This document shows positions 17,444 through 26,438 of a stretch of DNA of 39,772 nucleotides, piece by piece; position 1 is the first letter of the stretch, and every line of letters starts with the position of its first letter. Source of the stretch: Candidatus Iainarchaeum sp. (GTDB taxonomy: Archaea; Iainarchaeota; Iainarchaeia; Iainarchaeales; GCA-2688035); contig JAFCCK010000001.1 in assembly GCA_017610245.1 (NCBI GenBank), positions 1-39,772 of the forward strand, given 5' to 3'. The position numbers and the translations under genes are program-made. The notes under the pieces are model-generated. The model was given only the letters and a program-made list of their open reading frames with translations. It had not been told where the DNA came from and searched no databases.

Positions 17444-18373
17444 TCACGCTCTCCCTCTTAGCTCAGCCTCAATATTTGGATTCCTAAGTTGTACAATCAT
17501 GTGGTACCTTGCCATTGGCACATAGAGAATCGAATCGGCTGAAAATGTTTTTATTAAATTACCTGTCAACACTGCATCCAAAACAAAGGTCTTTGTCCCA
17601 ACTAATCTTAGAACCGCATCCGCTGTAAAGGTTTTTGTTAATACCAGGACAACCCAGGCATCTGCAATAAATGTTTTTGTCTGTGTTGCTTTCAGAATTG
17701 CATTTGCCCCGAAGGTTTTCGTTGCTATTAACCTCAATACAGCGTCCACACTGAATGTTTTTGTTTCAGTTTTCCTAAGCACTGCATCTGCAGTGAACGC
17801 CTTAATATATGTTCCTTTCAGGATTGCGTTCACTGAAAAAGTCTTCGCCGTTACAGCAGTCAATATCGCATCAGCAGAAAATGTTTTTGTAATTCCAGAT
17901 TCCTTCAAATAGGCGTCCGCAGAAAATGTTTTTGTGAGCCTGTTAACTAATACACTATCCGCAATGAATGTTTTGGTATTTACTGCTGAAACCAGTATTG
18001 CATCAATCGCAAAGGTTTTTGTTTCCGTGGCCTTCAGTATTGCATCAACTGAAAAGGTTTTAGTTTGGCCCAAGGCTTGCAGGAAAGCGTCAGCTTCAAA
18101 CGCCTTAGTGAATTCCTTCCTCAAGAAAGCATCCGCTGTGAATGTTTTTGTAAGCCGATTCACTAGGACAGCATCAGCTTCCAGAGCCTTCGTTGATGTT
18201 GCCTTCAGTATGGCGTCAGCTGTAAAAGTTTTTGTTCTCCTGTTTATCAGAATAGCGTCCGCTGTGAATTCATTATAAATTACGCCATAGTACGATTGCC
18301 CGTACCTTCCAGTTCCATACAGTGCTGATTCTGCCATAGCCTCATCCTCTGAGCCTAAGAATCCAGCACACAC
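17444..18373 (-). CDS. Paralogous repeat protein (about 18 TKTFxADAxL repeats)
   Basis: 309 aa with the same repeat unit as the 909-aa protein. The C-terminal motif DSILYVPMARYHMIVQLRN is shared (DAILYAPLAIYQLDVFLRK in the 909-aa protein). Confidence 0.65.
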   Translation of the reverse strand: MCAGFLGSEDEAMAESALYGTGRYGQSYYGVIYNEFTADAILINRRTKTFTADAILKATSTKALEADAVLVNRLTKTFTADAFLRKEFTKAFEADAFLQALGQTKTFSVDAILKATETKTFAIDAILVSAVNTKTFIADSVLVNRLTKTFSADAYLKESGITKTFSADAILTAVTAKTFSVNAILKGTYIKAFTADAVLRKTETKTFSVDAVLRLIATKTFGANAILKATQTKTFIADAWVVLVLTKTFTADAVLRLVGTKTFVLDAVLTGNLIKTFSADSILYVPMARYHMIVQLRNPNIEAELRGRA

Positions 18374-18590
18374 GCAATAGGAATCTTTCAGCTATTAACT
18401 TTCTAAATATTATAACTCTCCCGAGCTTGGGATTTCCTTTGCTTCAACATTGTCCTTTGCCAGATAGCCTTGCTTATCGAGCAAGTGCATAACTATTTCA
18501 GACAATTCTTCAAGAGTCCAAGTTCGCGGTTCTTTTTCCAATGTTGTTTTGAATTTTATATGTATTGCTTCTAACGCCATATTTCTCACC

Positions 18591-19280
18591 TCAGTCGTTG
18601 TAAATAAAAGGCCAGTAACTTCCTCTCGCTATTTTTATGTAATCTAAATGCACTTCTGTTTCAGGGGGGCTTGCCGGATAATTCCAAGGTCCAATTTGCG
18701 TAAGTCCATTATAGATAGTATTTGGGTCTGCAGAATCTCCGGCTCCGTCATAAACCCAATCAGCACCATCGTCTTTTGAAAAAAAGGAAAAGGAATTCTG
18801 CCTAAATAGAATTCTGATGGTCCACCAGCTTACATTGTCGAATGTTTTGTCGAATTGCTTTACATAAGCATTGGTTGAATCGAAGTACCAGACGCTGTCT
18901 TCTGAAATTGCGACCGTATGCCTGTAGGTTCCTTGATATACGGATAAAAGAAAACAGTCCAATGTACCGACTGTTCCATCAAATCCGCCAGCCAGCTTGT
19001 CGAATTTAATTTTAAATTCAACAGTAATGTTAGGACTACGCTGAAATGCTCCTGCAAAATTTTGAAGAACAGCTGCGCTGTTTGTTCCGCCTGAATCTCC
19101 TGCAACCAGATGAGCTTGACCAGCTGGGTCTATTTCTATTGTTGCAGTTCCTAATGGGTTTTGTGTCCATCCGGTTAAATCATCAAAATCATCATCAATG
19201 CTTAAGAATCTCAAATCATCTACCTCGTGCGTAAATCCTAGAGTTTTTCGAACTGCCATAACATCACCTAAATATCCCAA
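18591..19280 (-). CDS. Paralog 3 of a tandem triplicated 220-aa family (putative jelly-roll or lectin-like adhesin)
   Basis: 229 aa. Shares PAGQ.HLVAGD.GGT.S, FKIKFD(K/Q)LAGG, DNVSW(W/Y)TIR(I/L), NYPASP.ETEVH.DY.KIA with its two neighbours. Confidence 0.6.
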   Translation of the reverse strand: MGYLGDVMAVRKTLGFTHEVDDLRFLSIDDDFDDLTGWTQNPLGTATIEIDPAGQAHLVAGDSGGTNSAAVLQNFAGAFQRSPNITVEFKIKFDKLAGGFDGTVGTLDCFLLSVYQGTYRHTVAISEDSVWYFDSTNAYVKQFDKTFDNVSWWTIRILFRQNSFSFFSKDDGADWVYDGAGDSADPNTIYNGLTQIGPWNYPASPPETEVHLDYIKIARGSYWPFIYND

Positions 19281-19936
19281 TCAATCGGATAGTATTCTCC
19301 TGCAGCTATTTTAAAATAATCAATATGCACTTCCGTTTCAGCTGGGCTTGCTGGATAGTTTTGAGCTATCAGCTGAATCAATCCAGGAAATCCTGCATTT
19401 GGATCTCCATCATCGCAAGAGCCCCAATAAGCCCAATCTCCATCATCATCTTTTATAAAAAGGATTATTGATTTCGCAAAATGAATAAGCCTTATTGTGT
19501 ACCACGAAACATTATCCAAAGAAGCAGTAAATTGCTGGACATAACCATTCGTAGAATCATAAAACCACACGCTATCATCAGAAATCAGAACATAATTCAC
19601 ATGGACTCCTGTCAAAATACCTATTAAAAAACAGTCCAATGTAGCGGTAGTTCCATTATAACCTCCAGCTAATTGGTCAAACTTAATTTTAATTTCCGTT
19701 GTAAAAGATGAAAGGTATTGTTGAAAAATATTGCTTCTATATGCTCTTGCGGTGCTGTCAGTTCCGCCTGCATTTCCGGCTTTTAAATGAAGCTGGCCAG
19801 CTGGACTTATCTCTCGCAATGAAGTTCCTATTCCGTCAAGTACCCAGCTTGCAGTATCATCCCAAGGCTCGTCGATGTGCAAATACCGTATATCGTGAAT
19901 GTCCTGCAACCGAGCTAATTCTTTGTACTCACTCAT
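19268..19936 (-). CDS. Paralog 2 of the triplicated family
   Basis: 222 aa, about 40-45% identical to its neighbours. 4-nt start/stop overlap with paralog 1. Confidence 0.6.
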   Translation of the reverse strand: MSEYKELARLQDIHDIRYLHIDEPWDDTASWVLDGIGTSLREISPAGQLHLKAGNAGGTDSTARAYRSNIFQQYLSSFTTEIKIKFDQLAGGYNGTTATLDCFLIGILTGVHVNYVLISDDSVWFYDSTNGYVQQFTASLDNVSWYTIRLIHFAKSIILFIKDDDGDWAYWGSCDDGDPNAGFPGLIQLIAQNYPASPAETEVHIDYFKIAAGEYYPIDWDI

Positions 19937-20592
19937 GGCATAATCATCCCCGGTGCGAACTTCACATAGTCCATGTGAATTTCTGTTTCAGCAGGACTTG
20001 TTGGGTAATTAATTACCCACATTAAAATTCTTCCATTAAGTATGGTATATGGGTCTGCGTTTCTACAACGACCTAAAAAGTTCCAGTCAGCGTCATCATC
20101 TTTAGCAAAAACTAAGGTAAAATTCGAATCAAAAATCAACCTGATGGTGTACCATGAAACATTGTCGAAAGTGGTGTCGAACTGTTTTACATGGACATTT
20201 CCAGCAGTGTAGTACCATACGCTGTCAGAAGTAAAGGTAACCACATGCATATATACTCCTGAATAATGTCTAAATTGGAAGAAATCGTTTGTCGCACCGG
20301 GAGTCCCAGTCCATCCTCCAGCTAACTGGTCGAATTTAATTTTGAATTCTACAGTCATTGTTTGGAGATTTGTCACTAAGCTATCAAGATACTTACCGCC
20401 AGTACTGTCTGTTCCACCTGCATCTCCAGCTACCAGATGCAATTGTCCAGCTGGGCTTTCTTCAACAGTGCGTGTTCCTGTGCCGTAAGTTGTCCAATCA
20501 GTAATATCTTCCCAATCTTCATCCTTTATGAGATTTCGGGTATCTACTATATCAGAATAATGAGCCCTTCCTTTGTACGCAGTCATAATCAT
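19933..20592 (-). CDS. Paralog 1 of the triplicated family
   Basis: 219 aa with the same conserved blocks. 4-nt overlap with the upstream gene. Confidence 0.6.
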   Translation of the reverse strand: MIMTAYKGRAHYSDIVDTRNLIKDEDWEDITDWTTYGTGTRTVEESPAGQLHLVAGDAGGTDSTGGKYLDSLVTNLQTMTVEFKIKFDQLAGGWTGTPGATNDFFQFRHYSGVYMHVVTFTSDSVWYYTAGNVHVKQFDTTFDNVSWYTIRLIFDSNFTLVFAKDDDADWNFLGRCRNADPYTILNGRILMWVINYPTSPAETEIHMDYVKFAPGMIMP

Positions 20593-20915
20593 TCCTCAAC
20601 ACAAACATAGAGCCTTCCTTCATCAACTTGGTACACTACTTTTCCAAGAACAGGAGTAAGCGCATCTCTCGCTGTTGCATCTGCCACATTATGCACCACT
20701 AAATCTTTTGCTTGATTGCCTTGAAATTCAGCATCAGCATTTACTGTTAGAATCTCACAATCAACATTCCTTGAGGAATCAATAACCTCGGTTCCCTGAA
20801 TCTCAAGTGAAAGAGTATTCAGTTTGTGTGTGCCATCGTGAATGTAGTCATTGATATCATTCTGCCGTGCTGCAGTTATTAGGTCCCCATTCGAAACATC
20901 TGCCAAGTCTGCCAT
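20589..20915 (-). CDS. Hypothetical structural-module protein
   Basis: 108 aa, tightly packed (1-4-nt overlaps on both sides). Confidence 0.45.
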   Translation of the reverse strand: MADLADVSNGDLITAARQNDINDYIHDGTHKLNTLSLEIQGTEVIDSSRNVDCEILTVNADAEFQGNQAKDLVVHNVADATARDALTPVLGKVVYQVDEGRLYVCVEE

Positions 20916-21130
20916 TACTTCCCACCTTCCTTATTTTTCCACTTTAAATAATCCGCAAGGTCGCCCCCTCCAATACTAATCTTTCGGATATTGGAAAACC
21001 AAGCAAAAACATCTTCTCTTTTAATTCCAGGCATGTCTTTAAGGAATAATTCTGCCTGCGCACTGAAATAAATTTCTACTTCTCTCCTAGTCACTTTTAT
21101 CACCATCCTTTTTCTTAACCAAAATTGCAT
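20915..21130 (-). CDS. Hypothetical small protein
   Basis: 71 aa ORF that abuts its neighbours. Confidence 0.35.
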   Translation of the reverse strand: MQFWLRKRMVIKVTRREVEIYFSAQAELFLKDMPGIKREDVFAWFSNIRKISIGGGDLADYLKWKNKEGGK

Positions 21131-21644
21131 CAGCAGCTGCTTGAGTATTATCTCTTTTCACAATTACTGCCCCTACAGAAAAATGCTGCTCGTCATAGCA
21201 TTTCGTTTCTGCCGGAATAGGATTCCCAATCGCATTGTAAGGAGCCTCCCTCCATATGCCTGAAAGCTCAACGTGCCCGTCCTCAAAAACGTAAGCTATA
21301 TCCTGCACGCTCCGGCCGCCAATGGTTGCCTGCCATCCAACTAGATAAATAATTGACCTGCCAATAGGCTTAGCTTTAATATCTCTGGCCCCTCCACCAA
21401 ATTTGTATTTCTCCAGGACTCTACGCCTGTAAATTAGTCTTCGACCTGGCTCCAGGTACATTTTGAAAAGAAGCTGATCCGGCACCGCTTTCGGTTGAAT
21501 AATTCCGGCTTTCCTTATTTCAAAAGCAGAAAGCTTACTCCGGTCAATGTCCGGGTACTTGTTTTCTTTTCCATCTTCCTCGTATTGAGATAATTCTTTG
21601 CCGTCATTATAAACAGCCTTCCAGTAAATGCTTGAGTGCATCAT
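21087..21644 (-). CDS. Hypothetical protein. The C-terminus carries a single TQAAADAILVKK motif resembling the TKTFxADAIL repeat.
   Basis: Best start is ATGATG at 21644 (SD GGAGGAG; ATGA overlap with the stop of the homing endonuclease (HE) gene). 185 aa. Confidence 0.45.
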   Translation of the reverse strand: MMHSSIYWKAVYNDGKELSQYEEDGKENKYPDIDRSKLSAFEIRKAGIIQPKAVPDQLLFKMYLEPGRRLIYRRRVLEKYKFGGGARDIKAKPIGRSIIYLVGWQATIGGRSVQDIAYVFEDGHVELSGIWREAPYNAIGNPIPAETKCYDEQHFSVGAVIVKRDNTQAAADAILVKKKDGDKSD

Positions 21645-22021
21645 TCTCTCCTCCGTAATGTTTCCGAGAATTTCTGAGCAGTTTCTTTCTTCAGAACAAG
21701 TTCTGGCAAAATCCATTCAGTAAATCTTAAGCAATCATAGAAAGAACGAAGCGTCCAACAGTACTGTGGACTCCAGTGTTTTTTCCAGCTCTTTTGTCGC
21801 CCTCTTCTCTGCAAAGAGCCGCCTAAATTAGAAACAATATAATCCAGGACGAATTTGTCCCTTTCAACTAAAGCAATCCTGATAAAAGGGCTTACTCTTT
21901 TCCTATCTTCAACATAGAAATTGCCTTCACCATCAATCATTCCGGCAAGCCAGCATTTAAATTTCTCGCTTACTTGGAAATTAAGTCTGCATTCTTTTCT
22001 GTTTGTTTTATTGGAGTCCAT
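21641..22021 (-). CDS. LAGLIDADG homing endonuclease (free-standing)
   Basis: 126 aa containing LAGMIDGEGNF (the LAGLIDADG motif), followed by a typical basic C-terminal region. Confidence 0.7.
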   Translation of the reverse strand: MDSNKTNRKECRLNFQVSEKFKCWLAGMIDGEGNFYVEDRKRVSPFIRIALVERDKFVLDYIVSNLGGSLQRRGRQKSWKKHWSPQYCWTLRSFYDCLRFTEWILPELVLKKETAQKFSETLRRRE

Positions 22022-22051
22022 TGTATTGGTCGCCTCCTCCCTTTTGTTTCT

Positions 22052-22618
22052 TTATATTTCGTCGTACTGGAATGTGATTGTTTCGTCAGCCAAGTTTCCT
22101 GGGCTGGCTGTACTTCCCACAACCATCTGCAGCACAACATAGTCTGTTGTTTCGCCAATCGCATTGATTATTGTTCCTGCTTCCGAAATTGTACATGTCC
22201 TTGGAGCTCCGCTCGTGTAGGAAAACAAATCGGTTACAGCTGCAACATCAGTGTGGTTGGTCATTATTTCGTTTGCGTCAGAAACATCGTAGCCTGTGTC
22301 TGCTCCGCTGTTCTTGACCTGTACTCCATCGCCAACATTTACGGTGATTCCTGTTCCGAAACCTCCGCCGTCAGTGTACAGCTTTACGTTGTCCACCTGA
22401 GTATCTGGCGCTGTTGCACAGTAAAGATAGACTTGCTTCCATCGGCTGTACTCTGAACCTGCTGCCGGAATTGGCATTGGATCAACTGCATCGATTGTTG
22501 CATCGTCTTCTTGCTTGAACCTGATATTAGGGGGCCCAAGCCCGTCCGTGTTCTGCTCCGTTCCTGGAGTGTTGTCTGTTCCTCCAAAATCGAAGTTCAC
22601 ATTAAATACTGCTGCCAT
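22052..22618 (-). CDS. Hypothetical virion protein (Gly/Thr/Asp-rich, beta-rich)
   Basis: 188 aa ORF between the HE gene and an Ig-like gene. Confidence 0.45.
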   Translation of the reverse strand: MAAVFNVNFDFGGTDNTPGTEQNTDGLGPPNIRFKQEDDATIDAVDPMPIPAAGSEYSRWKQVYLYCATAPDTQVDNVKLYTDGGGFGTGITVNVGDGVQVKNSGADTGYDVSDANEIMTNHTDVAAVTDLFSYTSGAPRTCTISEAGTIINAIGETTDYVVLQMVVGSTASPGNLADETITFQYDEI

Positions 22619-22640
22619 TTTTACGCACCTCCTTCCAAGT

Positions 22641-22964
22641 TTATGGCAAATCTTTCACTACGCGGATATCGAATCTCTTAGTAGTGATTATTTTTCCGCC
22701 TGAATATGTTATCTGTAATTCAGCATGATAGAGCCCGATTGTTATGAGCTCGCCGTTCTGCACCGTGTACTTGCAGGTTCCGTCCACTGCGGAAACAACC
22801 GAGCAAGTCACATCCAAATCTAGTACAGTTCCTCCAATAATTGCGCTCCTTAATTTTATTTCTGTAACATTCGTGAGGTTAACTACTACTCTAGCATAGT
22901 CATAGACTGTGAAGTTAATATCGTAAAGCTCATCGTTCTGAACTACTTCAAGAACTTCAACCAT
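22641..22964 (-). CDS. Small Ig-like or beta-sandwich protein
   Basis: 107 aa with a beta-strand-like alternating pattern. Directly follows the portal gene. Confidence 0.4.
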   Translation of the reverse strand: MVEVLEVVQNDELYDINFTVYDYARVVVNLTNVTEIKLRSAIIGGTVLDLDVTCSVVSAVDGTCKYTVQNGELITIGLYHAELQITYSGGKIITTKRFDIRVVKDLP

Positions 22965-24989
22965 TTAGCTCCCTCCGAAATATGCTACAATTGTGCATCT
23001 GCAATTTGGATCTTCCAATTCTGGCGGCGTGTTGTTCAGGTCAAAAATGTGGCCGTTCAAGAACGCATGTGTTGGCCGCACCGCAGTGTCGCCAGCAGAA
23101 AGGTATTTTACTCTTTTCACTTTGCCCGAATCCCTGTAAGATTGTTTAATGGCTTGCGTCATTGCTCTGTGGGATTCCGTTCTCGCGAGAGTATCGGCAT
23201 TATGTTTTGCCCCATCAACAATGAGCTGAATTTTCTTTCGCATTTGTGGAATGCCCTCTCCAGCTAACATGCTTTCCTGGACTGCAAAAAGAGTTCTCTT
23301 TGTAACGTCTGTTCCATAAGAATTTACAAAAACGTAATTCGATTGCCTTAATATTTTCTTAATCTGGCCTGCCTTCTCGCTGGCTATTATGTTTAAGTTC
23401 AAAAGTAATTCAGACCTTTCCCATCCATACTGCCAAGAAGCGTTCACATTCTTATCCACAACATCCTTGATTTTCTTGGCTCTGGCTTTCTCAATGAGTT
23501 CAAGCTCTCTCTCCAAATCCCCAAAGTCATCGGTGAGAATTCCCTCAACCTCGCTAGCCTTTATTACTTTCATTATTTCATTAATTGAAAACAATGCTTT
23601 CAAATCCTGTGCATAGTCCTCGCCTAATTGAATAACCTCTGAGGCTACTAGATTGGTTTCCTCAGAATATTCCCAATCAGGGAACAATGCATCCACTTTA
23701 GCATCTGTTTTGGCCTCTTGCTCTAATTCTTTTTTTATCTCCTCAGGATTCCATACTCCGGATGTAATACGAATCGATTCTGTTTCCGCTGTAAGCTTGT
23801 CAATCTCTGCCTGTTCCTTTGCGTTCATTTCCTGCAACGGGTTCCATTCAACTTTATAGTCGCCATCAGCTACTTGCTTCGTTCCTTGAAGAATTGTAAT
23901 CAGCTGTTCAATGACTGGCGTAAAATCGAGTTCCTGCTTTGCGGAAATATCAGAATAATAATCTTTGAGGTTTGTTTCGCTTCCGGTAACTGCCCCTGCT
24001 GCAACGCCCTCTACAATCTGCATGGGAATATCAAAACTCATGGCCACTGCTTTCAGCGCAACATTCCAATACTGTTCTGGATTCAGTGCGCTTTTTCTCA
24101 CGCCCACGTCTTTTATTTCAGTTGTTTCATCGCTTACCCAGGCTGTCTTGGAATTTGTTTCCGCTGCCTGTGCCTTTATTGCTTTCATTGCAGCAGGCTT
24201 TCCTTTCTTTTTTATATAGTGAATGAAGCCAGCAGCGTTTCTATAGAATGCCTGGCCCGTGCTCCAAATAACATTATCCAAAACAACTAGGTAATTGTAA
24301 GCTGGCCGCATATAGCCAATGCCTTCTGGATCGTTCCCGTACTGGTTAACCGGCATATAAATGAATCTGCTTGCATGCACCTCAATTGCGGGCCCTGTTC
24401 CTAGCTTCACCATTGCGCCAACTATCTCGCCATAGTGTTCAGAGTTGCTATCCTTCTCAATAAGCAGTTTTCTTACATTGGTTCTTGTAATAATGCTCAA
24501 GTAATCCAAGCTCTTCGGATTCTCAATTTCTTCCTCAAGGCCTGCCTCATCGCTGTAACCCAACATGAGCAAGGCATAGCCCTCAACCATTCCAACCTTA
24601 TATGTTTCCTTTAAAATTTTCTTCAAGCCCAGAGCCCGTGTTTCGCCTTCAGTTATCCATTTCTTTTTTGAAGAAAATACTTTGCTTACGTCTTCAATTA
24701 GTGTTTCATTCTCTGATTCAATAGTGAACCAATTATCGAAAGTGTCAGCGGCAATTTTGTTAACAAGCTTTCTGCCAATCCCGTTTCCCCTGTACGCATC
24801 TACAAGCTGCTCGTTTAAAATATTAGTATTCCAAAGCGTACTCTTACTAGCCGCATCTGAAGCCTTGCTTGATTTGGCATCAGGATTATATTCTGGAATA
24901 AGTCTATCTACAAGAATCCGCTTGCCAGTATTGATTGCATCGTTGAACAGGGACATAAAATTTCCTCGCGAGAAACTAACTGCCCTCAT
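22965..24989 (-). CDS. Portal protein fused to a Mu-F / SPP1 gp7-like head morphogenesis domain
   Basis: 674 aa. The C-terminus DTAVRPTHAFLNGHIFDLNNTPPELEDPNCRCTIVAYFGG matches the MuF-family motif (RP.H..L.G......P..NCRC). The N-terminal 450 aa are portal-sized and follow TerL. The true start may be Met12 (24956) if copy 3 of the promoter element is used. Confidence 0.65.
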   Translation of the reverse strand: MRAVSFSRGNFMSLFNDAINTGKRILVDRLIPEYNPDAKSSKASDAASKSTLWNTNILNEQLVDAYRGNGIGRKLVNKIAADTFDNWFTIESENETLIEDVSKVFSSKKKWITEGETRALGLKKILKETYKVGMVEGYALLMLGYSDEAGLEEEIENPKSLDYLSIITRTNVRKLLIEKDSNSEHYGEIVGAMVKLGTGPAIEVHASRFIYMPVNQYGNDPEGIGYMRPAYNYLVVLDNVIWSTGQAFYRNAAGFIHYIKKKGKPAAMKAIKAQAAETNSKTAWVSDETTEIKDVGVRKSALNPEQYWNVALKAVAMSFDIPMQIVEGVAAGAVTGSETNLKDYYSDISAKQELDFTPVIEQLITILQGTKQVADGDYKVEWNPLQEMNAKEQAEIDKLTAETESIRITSGVWNPEEIKKELEQEAKTDAKVDALFPDWEYSEETNLVASEVIQLGEDYAQDLKALFSINEIMKVIKASEVEGILTDDFGDLERELELIEKARAKKIKDVVDKNVNASWQYGWERSELLLNLNIIASEKAGQIKKILRQSNYVFVNSYGTDVTKRTLFAVQESMLAGEGIPQMRKKIQLIVDGAKHNADTLARTESHRAMTQAIKQSYRDSGKVKRVKYLSAGDTAVRPTHAFLNGHIFDLNNTPPELEDPNCRCTIVAYFGGS

Positions 24990-25002
24990 CTATGGCAATC
25001 CC

Positions 25003-25016
25003 CTTAATATAGTTTA
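25003..25016 (-). promoter_or_regulatory. Conserved promoter-like element, copy 3 (upstream of the portal gene)
   Basis: cccttaatatagtttatgctttttttaa on the plus strand, which reads aaaaaaagcataaactatattaagggg on the minus strand. Confidence 0.5.
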
Positions 25017-25057
25017 TGCTTTTTTTAACGTTTTGAGAGCTATTTGGATTGTTTTTA

Positions 25058-26410
25058 CTAAATTGCAACGTCAAAAGTATCTGTTTTCTGGCCTGCAACC
25101 CATAGTGCCATTGCTATGCTCCAGAAAGAATCCCCGTGGCCCTCAGGTGTTTCCAAGGCCTGCAGGTCATTGTCAACTACAAGAATTTGGTCAATCATAC
25201 GCCGGTCATTCAACAGTTCAACTTCTTTGTTTTCAACCATTTTCTCAAAGTTTGTAGCCATGTCATGCTTTAGTGTTGTCTTGAAAATAAACGGATCCAG
25301 GACATTAGGCATCTCACCGCGTTCAACAAAGCTTTCCATTTCTCCCCGAGTAGCATCATAGCCTCCCTCGTCAACCTTGAGCCTTTGTACAAGGCTGTTG
25401 ATGTGATCCAGCTGCTTGTTATATCCCCAGCCATCCAGGAACCTTTGGTAAATCTGTTTCCAATGTCCTGGCGTGTCCTCTTCAAATACAACAACGTGTG
25501 AAGGATGCACTTTCTTTCCAATGTCCCAACCCATCACTACATAATAATCCTCGTTCTGTTGCTTCTTTGGTTCCAGGGCTGAGTTGACCGCACCTTGCAA
25601 AACGTCCCGTGCAAACCATGCCTGCTCCGTCCAGACAGGCTTGCACATAAACTCTTGATTGAAAACTCTCTCCCCTAGTTTTCTTTTTCTAAGCATCAGC
25701 CTTTCCCACGGCCATGCTTCAGGCCATAGACTAATTTTCTTTTCCCAATCCAGAACAGCAGGCGAAACTGTTACAGCCATTCCCTCAGTTACTTGCTTAT
25801 CGAAAAAGAAATCGAATTCGGTTTGGGGCGTGCCAACCACATGCATCTGTCCTTCAGGTTTAAGCATGCTTACAACTTCTGTTTTGAAAATTCGGTTTAT
25901 TTTATTAATCACTGTCGGGTTCAGCTTGTTCTCTGGGTCCCTTAATGGATCGTCCACATAGATTCTCGGTGCATGAATTCCTCTTTTGAATCCAAGCAAT
26001 CCGCAGGGATCAATGGTTGTAATTCTTTCACGGTCCCACGTGTACTTCAGCACTCCCTCTGCTGTTGGCTTCAAATCAATTATTTCATCATAAAAAGAGT
26101 TTCTTGTAATGAACTGCTTAGTCTTTCCCAAGTGGTAGCCGCTCATCGAAGCGTTGTAAGAAAAATAATGCCCTTCTAATCCAGGCCTGTAAAGCAGGTC
26201 CCACATGATATGGGCGTACAAGCTGGCTGATTTGAAGTGTTCTCTTGCGGATACTCTAACTGTTTCCTTGTTGTCCTGCAGCATGCTTGCCGTGGTATCA
26301 ATGTGGGCCCCGTCAATAAACTTGTCGAAGGACAGGGAAAAAATGTTGTTAACAAAATACTTGAAGTCCCTTTCCCCTTTCCGAAAATGTTCCCATTGCT
26401 CTTCATTCAT
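25058..26410 (-). CDS. terL: Terminase large subunit
   Basis: 450 aa. Contains VVGTPQTEFDFF (an ATPase coupling-like motif) and a C-terminal RNaseH-like nuclease signature (DIGKK...GHGDSFWSIAMALWVA). Located between the HTH small-subunit candidate and the portal. Confidence 0.7.
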   Translation of the reverse strand: MNEEQWEHFRKGERDFKYFVNNIFSLSFDKFIDGAHIDTTASMLQDNKETVRVSAREHFKSASLYAHIMWDLLYRPGLEGHYFSYNASMSGYHLGKTKQFITRNSFYDEIIDLKPTAEGVLKYTWDRERITTIDPCGLLGFKRGIHAPRIYVDDPLRDPENKLNPTVINKINRIFKTEVVSMLKPEGQMHVVGTPQTEFDFFFDKQVTEGMAVTVSPAVLDWEKKISLWPEAWPWERLMLRKRKLGERVFNQEFMCKPVWTEQAWFARDVLQGAVNSALEPKKQQNEDYYVVMGWDIGKKVHPSHVVVFEEDTPGHWKQIYQRFLDGWGYNKQLDHINSLVQRLKVDEGGYDATRGEMESFVERGEMPNVLDPFIFKTTLKHDMATNFEKMVENKEVELLNDRRMIDQILVVDNDLQALETPEGHGDSFWSIAMALWVAGQKTDTFDVAI

Positions 26411-26438
26411 TCACCATCACCGACATTTTTAATTAATC

